From positions 1-37,576 of the forward strand of contig JBDRUX010000009.1 of assembly GCA_039801565.1 (NCBI GenBank): a stretch of DNA of 37,576 nucleotides, in the 5' to 3' direction. The notes beneath the pieces were generated by a model. That model made no database searches. It saw only the letters and a program-made list of their open reading frames with translations, and was not told the DNA's origin. The translations under genes and the position numbers were made by a program. This document shows positions 10,522 through 19,581 of this stretch, in pieces; positions within the stretch are counted from its first letter, which is position 1; the number at the start of each line of letters is the position of its first letter. The DNA is from a candidate division WOR-3 bacterium. GTDB lineage: Bacteria; Hydrothermota; Tepidihabitantia; Tepidihabitantales; JAOUPE01.

Positions 10522-11442
10522 ATGAAGATTGCTGAATTCAAGATTAACCTTAAGGCTATAGATAAACTCAACTTACCATCTTACAAAGGTTCAGTGTTAA
10601 GAGGTGCTTTTGGCTATGCTTTTCGGAAAACCTGTTGTCCATTTCCCAATCGGGATTGTAAAGAATGTCTGCTTAAATCGAAATGTGTCTACGCTTATGT
10701 CTTTGAAACACCAAGACCTGAAGGTTCAGCGGTGATGCGCAAATATGAAACTATCCCCCATCCTTTTATCATTGAACCACCATTGGATACAAAGACCGAT
10801 TACGAACCAAACGATTTATTATCATTCAATTTGATTCTTTTAGGCAAAGCGATTGACTTTTTACCCTATTTCATTTACGCCTTTGAAGCGATGGCAGAAA
10901 AAGGGTTAGGCAAAGGCAGAGGCAAGTTGGCAGTTCAATCGGTAAATCAGGGACATAAAATTATCTATGACGGAGCAAGTAAGACTCTAAAGAGCACGGT
11001 GCAGGAAAAAGAGTTAAAGACTCAAAAATCCCGAAAACCAATAAACCAAATAGGACTCAGATTTCTTACCCCGCTCCGTATTATTTATCAAGACAGGCTT
11101 GCTCAGAGTTTAGATTTTCACATCATAATCCGCAATCTTTTACGTCGGATTGGTTTATTATCCTATTTCCATTCGGAAAAACCATTTGAGATTGACTATC
11201 AGGGCTTAATTCAGCAGGCGCTATCAATTAAGACCAAAACCGCAGACCTTAAGCGCTTAGAATGGGCTCGTTACTCTTCGCGTCAAGAACGGTTAATTAA
11301 GATGGCTGGATTAATCGGCGAAGCAATTTATCAGGGCAATTTAACTCCGTTCATCCCTTATCTCAAAATTGGCGAAAAGGTTCATATTGGCAAAGGTACT
11401 GTCTTCGGTTTCGGCAAATATGAATTGCAAATTTTGGATTGA
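10522..11442 (+). CDS. cas6: CRISPR pre-crRNA processing endoribonuclease Cas6
   Basis: LPSYKGSVLRGAFG, Cys cluster, PHPFIIEPP, C-terminal G-loop HIGKGTVFGFGKY. ATG 10522 preferred over TTG 10486, which is a TTGACA -35-like box. Confidence 0.92.
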   Translation: MKIAEFKINLKAIDKLNLPSYKGSVLRGAFGYAFRKTCCPFPNRDCKECLLKSKCVYAYVFETPRPEGSAVMRKYETIPHPFIIEPPLDTKTDYEPNDLLSFNLILLGKAIDFLPYFIYAFEAMAEKGLGKGRGKLAVQSVNQGHKIIYDGASKTLKSTVQEKELKTQKSRKPINQIGLRFLTPLRIIYQDRLAQSLDFHIIIRNLLRRIGLLSYFHSEKPFEIDYQGLIQQALSIKTKTADLKRLEWARYSSRQERLIKMAGLIGEAIYQGNLTPFIPYLKIGEKVHIGKGTVFGFGKYELQILD

Positions 11443-11466
11443 CAGGTTTAATTTTTTCTTTAAAAT
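11439..11466 (+). promoter_or_regulatory. Putative internal promoter for the MNT-HEPN/csm operon
   Basis: TTGACA(11439-44)-16 bp-TAAAAT(11461-66), 6 nt before ATG 11473. Confidence 0.65.
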
Positions 11467-11472
11467 CGGGAA

Positions 11473-12198
11473 ATGAGCCGGACGATTTTAAAACGAAAAG
11501 AAAAAGCCTTAAAGATTTTCCTTGATAAATTATTCAACGATGGTGTAAAAGATTCGATTGCCAAAATTATTCTCTTTGGCAGCTTTGCTGAAGGCAGGGC
11601 AAAAAGCGATAGTGATATTGATGTCTTAATTCTTGCTACCGATTCGAAGTCAAAAATTTTAGATGCCTGTGCTGATGCCCAGTTAGAAGCAAGCATCGCG
11701 ACCGGCGAAAGTATTGAACCAATTATCCGGTGCATTGATGAGGCAAGGTATATTGATTCTTTATTTATGTACCAAGTATTAAGAGATGGAAAGGAGCTAT
11801 ATACAATGGGTGATAAGGAGATTAGAAAAAAAGAAAGTCGAAATTATTTAGAACTGGCAGAAGAATTTTTAGCAGCAGCCGAAAAGGTTATCAATTTAGG
11901 TTTATATCGGATTAGTGTTGATATTGGCTATAACGCCTGCGAACTGGCGGTAAAAGGTCTATTATTAAAGAAGGTCGAAAAATTACCATCCCGGCATAGT
12001 GGTATTGTCAATAAATTTAGCGACTTATTTGCTCGAACTGGTGTTGTCCCGAAAGAATTAGGCCGGCGGTTAAACCGGGCGTTAACGAAACGAAATGATG
12101 CTCGTTATGAACCCCACGCTGAAATCACCAAAGCAGGCGCCATTGAAATCATTACTTTGGCAAAAGAGTTAATTGCAATTTTAGAAAAAGAGATTTAA
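11473..12198 (+). CDS. Fused minimal nucleotidyltransferase (MNT) - HEPN domain protein
   Basis: N-half ILFGSFAEGRAKSDSDIDVLI (Pol-beta NTase GS...DxD); C-half helical HEPN: AEEFLAAAE, YNACELAVKGLL, SRHSGI, RNDARY. Confidence 0.85.
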   Translation: MSRTILKRKEKALKIFLDKLFNDGVKDSIAKIILFGSFAEGRAKSDSDIDVLILATDSKSKILDACADAQLEASIATGESIEPIIRCIDEARYIDSLFMYQVLRDGKELYTMGDKEIRKKESRNYLELAEEFLAAAEKVINLGLYRISVDIGYNACELAVKGLLLKKVEKLPSRHSGIVNKFSDLFARTGVVPKELGRRLNRALTKRNDARYEPHAEITKAGAIEIITLAKELIAILEKEI

Positions 12199-12199
12199 A

Positions 12200-14545
12200 A
12201 TGAACAACAATGAAGAATTCCAGACCATTGTCTTAGCCGCCCTATTGCACGATATTGGAAAGTTTATCCAACGAGCGCAAGAGAATCCAACAGTTCAAGA
12301 CCATTCCCATTGGGGTGAAGAATGGTTTAAAAGTAATTTAGCCGAAAAATTAAAAGACGAAAGTGGTATTATATTATCAGCGATTAGTGGTCATCACAAT
12401 GGACATCCTCATATTGTTTATTTAGCTGATATAATTGCCGCTGGAGAACGGATTGGTCTTGAAAATGAAGAAAAAGGCGACCCTTTCACTGACCGACTTG
12501 TTTCAATCTTTTCGAGAATATCTATTTCCGAGAAACCAAAGATAACTAAATATCATAAATTGACCTCGTTAAATAAAGATAATCTTGAAGCAACATTTCC
12601 AATAGATGATAAAAACACTTCCTTTCTTGAATACAATAAACTATTGCAACAATTCACAAATGAAATCAGAGCTATTGATTTTAATACTCTTTCGAGTCAG
12701 CAAGTAATTGATTTGATATACTTTTTGCTTTGGAAATATACTTGGTGTATTCCAAGTGCCGCCTATAGGGATGAACCTGATGTCTCATTATTTGAACATC
12801 TTAAAACTACTGCCGCGATTGCTGGTTGTCTTTATTATTATCAAAAAGAAAATCCTAAAGAATTCTTGACTATAAGTAGCCGAGCTTTCTGTTTAGTTGG
12901 TGGCGATGTATCTGGAATTCAGAGTTATATTTTTGAACTACTCTCTCAGCAAGGTAAGATTGCAAAACGTTTGCGTGCCCGGTCTTTATTTATTCAACTT
13001 ATCTCAGAAATTGCTGCTCATAAGTTGCTCCATACATTTAACTTGCCAATTTGTAACCTAATTATGTCAGCCGGTGGCAATTTTTATGTTCTTCTGCCTA
13101 ATCTTTCAACCACTGAGGAAAAAATAAAAGACTTACAAAAAGAATTTGATGAGTGGACACTCAACCAATTAAATGCTGAGCTTTCGGTCAGCCTGGCAGG
13201 TATAGATTTATCCGGTGAAGACCTGGCAGATTTTTCCAAAGCATTTGATAAATTAAAAACCAATCTGAATAATATCAAATATCAACCTCATAAGCATGTG
13301 CTAACTACTGGTGTTGAATGGGTGGAAAAAGAATTTGTGCGTCCCGAGGTCTTAGAAAAAGAAGAGGAAATCTGTCAGGGTTGTCGTAAATATCCTCAAA
13401 AGGCGATGGAACCCAACCCGGATAACCTTTGTGAGCGCTGTTTGAATGATACCAAAATTGGACAACTTTTGCCCAAAAAGAAATATCTCGTTTTCTTTAA
13501 TAACAATAATAATGAATTTAAGATATTAAACTATTCATTTGAATTATGGGACGATAACGATATGAAAAATTATTTCACCAAGAATCCTTATCTTATTTTA
13601 GCACTAAATGACCCTGATACAAAATTGCCGGTTATTGGATTCAAACACCTTTTAAAACACATTCCTACTAAAGAAGATATTCCGGAAGCCGATGCTGAGG
13701 CAGGTTCACCGGTTACTTTTGAGGACATTGCCAATGTTTCGGAGGGCGACAAATTGGTTGCTTATCTTAAAATGGATATTGATAATTTAGGAAAAATTAT
13801 GCGCTACGGATTTGACCCAAAAGAACCGAGCAACAAACATAAAATCAAAGGGATTAAATCTTCGATTTCACGTTATACTGCTCTGTCTCGGATGTTAGAA
13901 ACTTTCTTTTCTGGTTATCTTCAAGAAAAACTCGAAAATGACTTCAAAACGATTTATATTGTTTTTTCTGGTGGCGATGATTTATTTGTTATTGGTCCTT
14001 GGGATAAAGTTATTGACTTCGCCAAAGCGATAAAACAAAGATTTAGTGAATATTGTGCATTTAACCCCGATATGACTTTATCGGCTGGAATTAAATTATT
14101 CAAACCACCTGAACCTATTTCTTTTTGTGTTAATTCAGTTAATGAAGCATTAAATAGTTCAAAGGCAAAGGAAGGCAAGGATGGGATAACCATTTTTGAC
14201 CAAACTGTAAGTTGGCAAGAATTAGATAAAATTCTCACTGAGGCAAAAAAGGTAATAAAATGGTTAGAAAGCGAACCGCCTTTAATTTCTCGAAGCTTTG
14301 CTTATAATCTTTGGATATACGGCGAAATGAATCGCAGATATGAGGAAGAAAAGAATATTAGCTATTTGAAATTTGTGCCACTGCTCACCTATGATATAGG
14401 TAGAAATTTAACGAAAGAAGAGCAAAAAGAAGTTCTTCTCTGGGCGGAGGATTTAAAACCATCTAATGATAAGCCCAAAGGTGGTGAAAATCTGCCTTAC
14501 CTTAAAACCATAATGAAGTATGTTTTAACTTTTACGAGGAGGTAA
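12200..14545 (+). CDS. cas10: Type III-A Cas10/Csm1 (HD nuclease + Palm cyclase)
   Basis: AALLHDIGKF, DVSLFEHLKTTAAIA, GDVSGIQSYIF, LRARS, Zn finger CQGC..CERC, MDIDNLG, FSGGDDLF. Confidence 0.95.
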   Translation: MNNNEEFQTIVLAALLHDIGKFIQRAQENPTVQDHSHWGEEWFKSNLAEKLKDESGIILSAISGHHNGHPHIVYLADIIAAGERIGLENEEKGDPFTDRLVSIFSRISISEKPKITKYHKLTSLNKDNLEATFPIDDKNTSFLEYNKLLQQFTNEIRAIDFNTLSSQQVIDLIYFLLWKYTWCIPSAAYRDEPDVSLFEHLKTTAAIAGCLYYYQKENPKEFLTISSRAFCLVGGDVSGIQSYIFELLSQQGKIAKRLRARSLFIQLISEIAAHKLLHTFNLPICNLIMSAGGNFYVLLPNLSTTEEKIKDLQKEFDEWTLNQLNAELSVSLAGIDLSGEDLADFSKAFDKLKTNLNNIKYQPHKHVLTTGVEWVEKEFVRPEVLEKEEEICQGCRKYPQKAMEPNPDNLCERCLNDTKIGQLLPKKKYLVFFNNNNNEFKILNYSFELWDDNDMKNYFTKNPYLILALNDPDTKLPVIGFKHLLKHIPTKEDIPEADAEAGSPVTFEDIANVSEGDKLVAYLKMDIDNLGKIMRYGFDPKEPSNKHKIKGIKSSISRYTALSRMLETFFSGYLQEKLENDFKTIYIVFSGGDDLFVIGPWDKVIDFAKAIKQRFSEYCAFNPDMTLSAGIKLFKPPEPISFCVNSVNEALNSSKAKEGKDGITIFDQTVSWQELDKILTEAKKVIKWLESEPPLISRSFAYNLWIYGEMNRRYEEEKNISYLKFVPLLTYDIGRNLTKEEQKEVLLWAEDLKPSNDKPKGGENLPYLKTIMKYVLTFTRR

Positions 14546-14547
14546 AA

Positions 14548-15039
14548 ATGCAAAACATCTGTGAAAATTGCGGTAAAGAATTTTATCCAACTCAACCTCA
14601 CTTTAAACTTTGCCCTGATTGTTTTTCTCAATCCAAATATAAGAAAGCAAGCCGCCTTAATGAGTTGCTGCTAAAGGCATATTACGACAAAGACAACAAT
14701 CTACTAAAGGAAATTTTTATCGGTGTGCCTGAAGAATTAGCTAAAATTTTTTCGAGAGAAGGAATGGCAACCAAACAGGTCCGCGATTTTTATCAAAAAA
14801 TCTTAAAAGCGCGAAATAAAGCTTTTTTAAGTGGCATAAATGTAGTAAAACCAATTCTTTATGAATGCCAAAGAGACGCAGCGTATCAACTAAAACGAAA
14901 TGTAATTCCCAAAAGTTTTAATGATTTTTTAGTTCATCATCTTCAAATAGCAGAAAAAAATGAAAAGATGCTTGAAGGTTTTTGTCAACATTTTGAAAGT
15001 GTCTTGGCTTATTTCCCAAAAGAAAAGAAAGAATATTAA
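14548..15039 (+). CDS. csm2: Csm2 small subunit with N-terminal C4 Zn finger
   Basis: TKQVRDFY, AAYQ, FCQHFESVLAYF; position after cas10; RBS GAGGAGG. Confidence 0.85.
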   Translation: MQNICENCGKEFYPTQPHFKLCPDCFSQSKYKKASRLNELLLKAYYDKDNNLLKEIFIGVPEELAKIFSREGMATKQVRDFYQKILKARNKAFLSGINVVKPILYECQRDAAYQLKRNVIPKSFNDFLVHHLQIAEKNEKMLEGFCQHFESVLAYFPKEKKEY

Positions 15040-15083
15040 ATGAGTTATAAACAAACTTGCAAAAATCCTGAAAGGAGGACAAA

Positions 15084-15770
15084 ATGAAACTAAACACCTT
15101 TTGTCAATTAACCGCTACTTTACGATTAAAGAGTGGGTTGCATATTGGCAGTGGTGAAAAAGCACATTATGGAGAACCAGTTTCTGTACTCAAATCACTT
15201 CAAACCCAACTTCCGTATATTCCCGGTTCATCTATTAAAGGGAAAATGCGTCACCTTCTGGAGATTACTTACAACAAAACATCAAACGGCGAACCCTGTA
15301 GTTGTGGAAAATGTCAAATCTGTCAACTTTTTGGTAGCGGAAAAGCTGCGACTACTTTTGAGCCATCTCGTTTAATATTCCGTGATTGCTTTTTAACTGA
15401 AAAAAGTGCTGCTTTTATTGAAAAAGTTGACTTGGAGAAAAAAGCCGGAGTAAGAATTGACCGAAAAACTGGAAAAGCAGCAGAAAAAGCCTTATATTCG
15501 CTGGAGCGTGTCCCTGAAGGTTGCGAATTTAATTTGCAAATTTCGGTGCGAGTTTTTGAGAAAGACCAATTAGAATCAGTAAAACAATGGCTGGCGATGG
15601 GGTTATTTCTTATCGAGCATGATGCATTAGGCGGAAGTGGAACCAGAGGTTCTGGTTATATTGAATTCGATAACATTAAATTTGATGGTCAAGCATTTGA
15701 AAAAGACTGGCGAGAAAAATGCCAACAAAACAAAGATAATTTCTTAAATGTTAAAATAAAGACCGAGTAA
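15084..15770 (+). CDS. csm3: Csm3 (Cas7 group RAMP), catalytic Asp apparently absent
   Basis: GLHIG, PYIPGSSIKGKMR, CSCGKCQICQLFG, SRLIFRD, LGGSGTRGSG. Confidence 0.9.
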   Translation: MKLNTFCQLTATLRLKSGLHIGSGEKAHYGEPVSVLKSLQTQLPYIPGSSIKGKMRHLLEITYNKTSNGEPCSCGKCQICQLFGSGKAATTFEPSRLIFRDCFLTEKSAAFIEKVDLEKKAGVRIDRKTGKAAEKALYSLERVPEGCEFNLQISVRVFEKDQLESVKQWLAMGLFLIEHDALGGSGTRGSGYIEFDNIKFDGQAFEKDWREKCQQNKDNFLNVKIKTE

Positions 15771-15773
15771 AGA

Positions 15774-16661
15774 GTGAAAATCTATCGCATTAAATTAACC
15801 GCTTATAGCGGCTTTCTTACTCCTTTTCAAGCCGACACTGTTTTCGGGCATCTTTGTTGGGTAGTCGCTCATAATGAAGGAGAAAAAAAGCTAAAGGAAT
15901 TCCTTCAACCGTTTAAAGAAGGAAACCCACCGTTTATTATTTCGGATGGACTGCCAACTGACCTATTACCTAAACCCCTTTCGGCTGAATTTTACGCCGA
16001 ACCTGATAAACGAAAGGATATAAAGAAAATAGAGTTTGTGACCTTGGATGATTTTAATAAAATCCGAAAGGGTGAAGAGTTTGAACCCAGTAAAGCTAAA
16101 ACGCCATTAAAATACCGAACTGTACCCCACAGTCGAATTAATCGTCTTACTTGGTCAACACCCACCGAAGCCGGGTTATATAGTCTTGAAGAATTCTTTG
16201 TTCCTTATCTATCGGTCTATTTAAAACTCTTTGCTGAAACTTGGCACGATAGAATAGTAAATCTCTTTAATGAACTTTCTAAAATCGGCTACGGCAGAAA
16301 AAAATCAATCGGGCAAGGACAGTTTGAAGTAACGGAAGTTAAAGAATTCAATTTTGGCGAATTAAAAGATGCTAACGGCTTTGTTACTTTATCCAATTTC
16401 TGCCCCCAAGCCAAAGACCCAACTGAAGGAATTTACAAAACCTTTGTCAAATATGGCAAACTTGGTGAAGAATTCACTTTTTGCGGCAATCCCTTCAAAC
16501 GACCGTTAGTAATGATAAAAACTGGTTCAGTATTTAAAACCAACGGTCATCCAAAAGAATTCTATGGCAGAATGGTGGAAAATGTTGCACCCGTTAAACC
16601 AGAAGTAATTCAATATGGCTATGCCTTCGCTTTACCAATTATCTATCCCAAAACCGAATGA
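15774..16661 (+). CDS. csm4: Csm4 (Cas5 group RAMP)
   Basis: ADTVFGHLCW, PPFIISDGLP, GYGRKKSIGQGQF, KTGSVF, YGYAFALP. Confidence 0.9.
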   Translation: MKIYRIKLTAYSGFLTPFQADTVFGHLCWVVAHNEGEKKLKEFLQPFKEGNPPFIISDGLPTDLLPKPLSAEFYAEPDKRKDIKKIEFVTLDDFNKIRKGEEFEPSKAKTPLKYRTVPHSRINRLTWSTPTEAGLYSLEEFFVPYLSVYLKLFAETWHDRIVNLFNELSKIGYGRKKSIGQGQFEVTEVKEFNFGELKDANGFVTLSNFCPQAKDPTEGIYKTFVKYGKLGEEFTFCGNPFKRPLVMIKTGSVFKTNGHPKEFYGRMVENVAPVKPEVIQYGYAFALPIIYPKTE

Positions 16662-16672
16662 GATAAGTAATT

Positions 16673-17896
16673 ATGGCTAAAGCGGTTTTAATTTCAGTGG
16701 GTGGTAGTCAAAACCCGATAATCTTTTCCCTAAAGGAACAAAAACCAGAATACATTATCTTTTTCGCTTCTTCTCAAAGTCAGGAACAGATTCCACAGAT
16801 TCTACAACAGATTGGTTTTACACCAAAAGCATTTGAACAAATCGTCACTCCTTTAGCTGAAGACCTTAACGAATGCTATAAAACAATAAAAAAGAATCTT
16901 ACCGATATAATAGAACGATGGAAATTGAATACGGAAGATATTGTTGTTGACTTCACCGGCGGTACTAAAACGATGTCGGTCGCATTAACTTTAGCTACTA
17001 TTGACCTTGGATTTAAATATGCCTATGTGGGTGGGACCGAACGAAACAAAGAAGGGCTCGGCGTAGTTATTGACGGTAAAGAGAAAATACTTTACTCCAC
17101 AAATCCTTGGGATGTGCTGGCGGTTGAAGAAAGAAAACGAGTGAACACCCTTTTCAACACCGGACGCTACAAGACCTGTTTGGAAATATTAGACTCAGCA
17201 CTTAAAAAAGTGAGTGAAACCCAAAAACCGTTTTATCAAATGCTAAAAATTCTCGTTGAAGGATACTTCCACTGGAATCGTTGTAATATTGAAACGGCGC
17301 TTGAATTTTTAGGTAGAGGGTATAACCAATTGAAAATATATGTCGCCGGCACCACAAATCATAAATTTGAGAAATTACTCTGCGAAATAAAAAATAATTT
17401 AGATTTTGTCAAGAAAATAGTCGAAGGCAATAAAAGACTTTTAATATTTGACCTATTGGGTAGTGCCAAAAGATGTGCTGAATTAGAACACAAATATGAC
17501 GATGCGGTAGCGCGAATTTATCGAGCATTGGAAAAAATCGCCCAAGTTGAATTAGAAAACTTAGGTATTAAAGATAATGATGTGAAACCCGCTCAAATCC
17601 CCGAAAATATGAGAGAGGAGTTTATAAAGCGTTATCAACAATCAGATGGGAAAATACAACTCCCACTTTATGCTAAATTTCGTCTGCTAAAAGAAAAAGA
17701 TAATACAATCGGTCATCGTTTCTTTAAAAATGAACAAGAGATAAGGAGTATGCTTGAATTGAGAAATTACTCCAAATTAGCCCACGGTGACCGCTCCTTG
17801 ACCGAAAATGATTATAAAAATTTTTACTCTTTAATCTGTAATACATTTAATATCACGGATGAAGAAATTCCTAAATTTCCATATTTTGATATATAA
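16673..17896 (+). CDS. CARF-HEPN ancillary effector (TIGR02710-like, Csm6/Csx1 class), predicted cOA-activated RNase
   Basis: CARF LISVGGS, VDFTGGTKTMS; YDDAVARIYRALE; HEPN RNYSKLAHG. Confidence 0.85.
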   Translation: MAKAVLISVGGSQNPIIFSLKEQKPEYIIFFASSQSQEQIPQILQQIGFTPKAFEQIVTPLAEDLNECYKTIKKNLTDIIERWKLNTEDIVVDFTGGTKTMSVALTLATIDLGFKYAYVGGTERNKEGLGVVIDGKEKILYSTNPWDVLAVEERKRVNTLFNTGRYKTCLEILDSALKKVSETQKPFYQMLKILVEGYFHWNRCNIETALEFLGRGYNQLKIYVAGTTNHKFEKLLCEIKNNLDFVKKIVEGNKRLLIFDLLGSAKRCAELEHKYDDAVARIYRALEKIAQVELENLGIKDNDVKPAQIPENMREEFIKRYQQSDGKIQLPLYAKFRLLKEKDNTIGHRFFKNEQEIRSMLELRNYSKLAHGDRSLTENDYKNFYSLICNTFNITDEEIPKFPYFDI

Positions 17897-18047
17897 ATAA
17901 TTTCTGCTCTTTGACAATTGGGAGTGGATATGAACGACTGACGAATCAGGAATTCTGACCCCCGATATAAGGATTATCCTGGCTCGGTCTGGGAAGTAGT
18001 CCTGTCGCCGCTTTCACTTTTTCTTCCAAAGAGAACGACTCGACCCT

Positions 18048-18075
18048 TTGACAAACCAAAATCTTCCTGTAGAAT
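18048..18075 (+). promoter_or_regulatory. Putative promoter for cas1-cas2
   Basis: TTGACA-16 bp-TAGAAT; RBS AGGAGG upstream of ATG 18112. Confidence 0.6.
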
Positions 18076-18111
18076 ATTACCGAACGATAACCGCTTTAGG
18101 AGGTGTGAGTT

Positions 18112-19107
18112 ATGGCTACGCTATACCTTACCGAGCAAGGTGCCAAAATTACCCGAACCCAAACCCGACTTATCGTCGAGAAGGATGGCAAACTCTTACT
18201 TCAACTACCAATTATCAAGCTTGACCGATTGATTATCTTTGGGAGAGTAGCAATCACGATTCCGGTTTTAGAACTTCTCTTAAAAGAAGGAATCCCGACC
18301 GCCTTTCTCTCCCAAACCGGCAGACTGAAAGGTTTTTTAGAACCAATGCCATCAAAAAATATCCTTCTAAGAATTCGCCAATACGAGCGCGTGAAGGATG
18401 AACTGTTCCGAACCGAAATTGCCAAAAGCATCGTAAGTGGTAAGATACGAAATCAGAAGCGATTGCTCCAACGCTTTTCCCATAATCATCCGGAACTAAA
18501 CTTCAATTCGGAACTTACGCAAATTGATTCTCATATCGAAGCCTTAAATAAGAAAAACAGCCTAACTGGCATTTTGGGTATGGAAGGGATTGCTACTGCT
18601 ATCTACTTTCAAGGTTTTGCCAAACTCTTTAAGGAACCAATCCAATTTTTGGAACGGACGCGGCGACCGCCGAAAGACATAATCAATTCGCTCTTAAGCC
18701 TTGGTTATACGCTTTTGACCAACGAATATTTCTCTTTAACCGCGGCTTCGGGTTTTGACCCATATATAGGCTTCTATCACGGTATTGGTTATGGCAGACC
18801 ATCTTTGGCACTGGATTTAGTCGAAGAGTTACGCCATCCGGTAATTGATATGCTAACCTTAGAACTGATAATGCGCCAGATGCTTAAAGCCGAAGATTTT
18901 ACTGGGAATGAAGATGAAGGTTTCTTTTTGACTGCTGATGGTAGAAAGACCTTTTTCACTCAATACGAAAGGCGGATGAATAACGAATTTCTCCATCCCA
19001 AGAATAAGACTCCGACCACTATCCGAAAGGTGATGCGCGAGCAGGTTTATTCAATGATGCGGGCGGTAGAAAGCAAAAAGCCTTATGAACCGTTCTTAAT
19101 AGGATAG
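18112..19107 (+). CDS. cas1: CRISPR-associated integrase Cas1 (no RT fusion)
   Basis: TLYLTEQGA, GMEGIATAIYF, RRPPKDIINSLLSLGY, DPYIGFYH, SLALDLVEELR. Confidence 0.96.
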   Translation: MATLYLTEQGAKITRTQTRLIVEKDGKLLLQLPIIKLDRLIIFGRVAITIPVLELLLKEGIPTAFLSQTGRLKGFLEPMPSKNILLRIRQYERVKDELFRTEIAKSIVSGKIRNQKRLLQRFSHNHPELNFNSELTQIDSHIEALNKKNSLTGILGMEGIATAIYFQGFAKLFKEPIQFLERTRRPPKDIINSLLSLGYTLLTNEYFSLTAASGFDPYIGFYHGIGYGRPSLALDLVEELRHPVIDMLTLELIMRQMLKAEDFTGNEDEGFFLTADGRKTFFTQYERRMNNEFLHPKNKTPTTIRKVMREQVYSMMRAVESKKPYEPFLIG

Positions 19108-19110
19108 CCT

Positions 19111-19386
19111 ATGTTTATCGCCATCGCTTACGACATAAAAGATGACCGGCGTCGGAATCGGGTCTTAAACACCCTTAAAAACTTTGGCACGTGGGTTCAA
19201 TACAGTGTCTTTGAATGTAACTTAAAAAGCGAACAATTAGACCGATTGAGAAAAATACTAGCATCCCACATTAAACCGAGCCAAGATAGTATCCGGTTCT
19301 ATTATCTTTGTGAAGAGTGCCAACGAAAAGTACTGGTATTGGGTAAGGGTTCGGTTAGCGAAGACGAAATGGTCTATATCATCTAA
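19111..19386 (+). CDS. cas2: CRISPR-associated Cas2
   Basis: IAYDIKDDRRR, VQYSVFEC, DSIRFY. Confidence 0.96.
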   Translation: MFIAIAYDIKDDRRRNRVLNTLKNFGTWVQYSVFECNLKSEQLDRLRKILASHIKPSQDSIRFYYLCEECQRKVLVLGKGSVSEDEMVYII

Positions 19387-19436
19387 TTTTGGGTTGACTC
19401 AAACTGTCCAAAAATGATAGGGGTCAACCCAAAATT
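19385..19436. repeat. Perfect 14-bp inverted repeat after cas2 (possible terminator/insulator)
   Basis: AATTTTGGGTTGAC (19385-98) / GTCAACCCAAAATT (19423-36), 24-nt loop. Confidence 0.7.
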
Positions 19437-19581
19437 GATAGCGTATTGAAATATAAGGACTTAGTTCACTTTTTACGGGTTTTGGATGTTAAGGAAAGTT
19501 GGTAATAATGGGACAGAAATGGGGTGTTGATACAATGCAACACTTTAAGTATTGGATAATGAATGGGTTAGAAAGCCCACG
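19437..19581 (+). promoter_or_regulatory. CRISPR leader
   Basis: Non-coding stretch between cas2 and the first repeat; the degenerate repeat is at the opposite end of the array. Confidence 0.7.

Noticed and set aside
17897..18047. csm5 or ring-nuclease remnant between the CARF-HEPN gene and cas1
   Set aside because: No ORF or recognisable RAMP/CARF motif; the TTGACA at 17911 lacks a matching -10.
18112..19107. RT-Cas1 or Cas4-Cas1 fusion to explain spacer features
   Set aside because: The protein is 331 aa with only Cas1 motifs; no YADD or Cas4 Fe-S cysteines.
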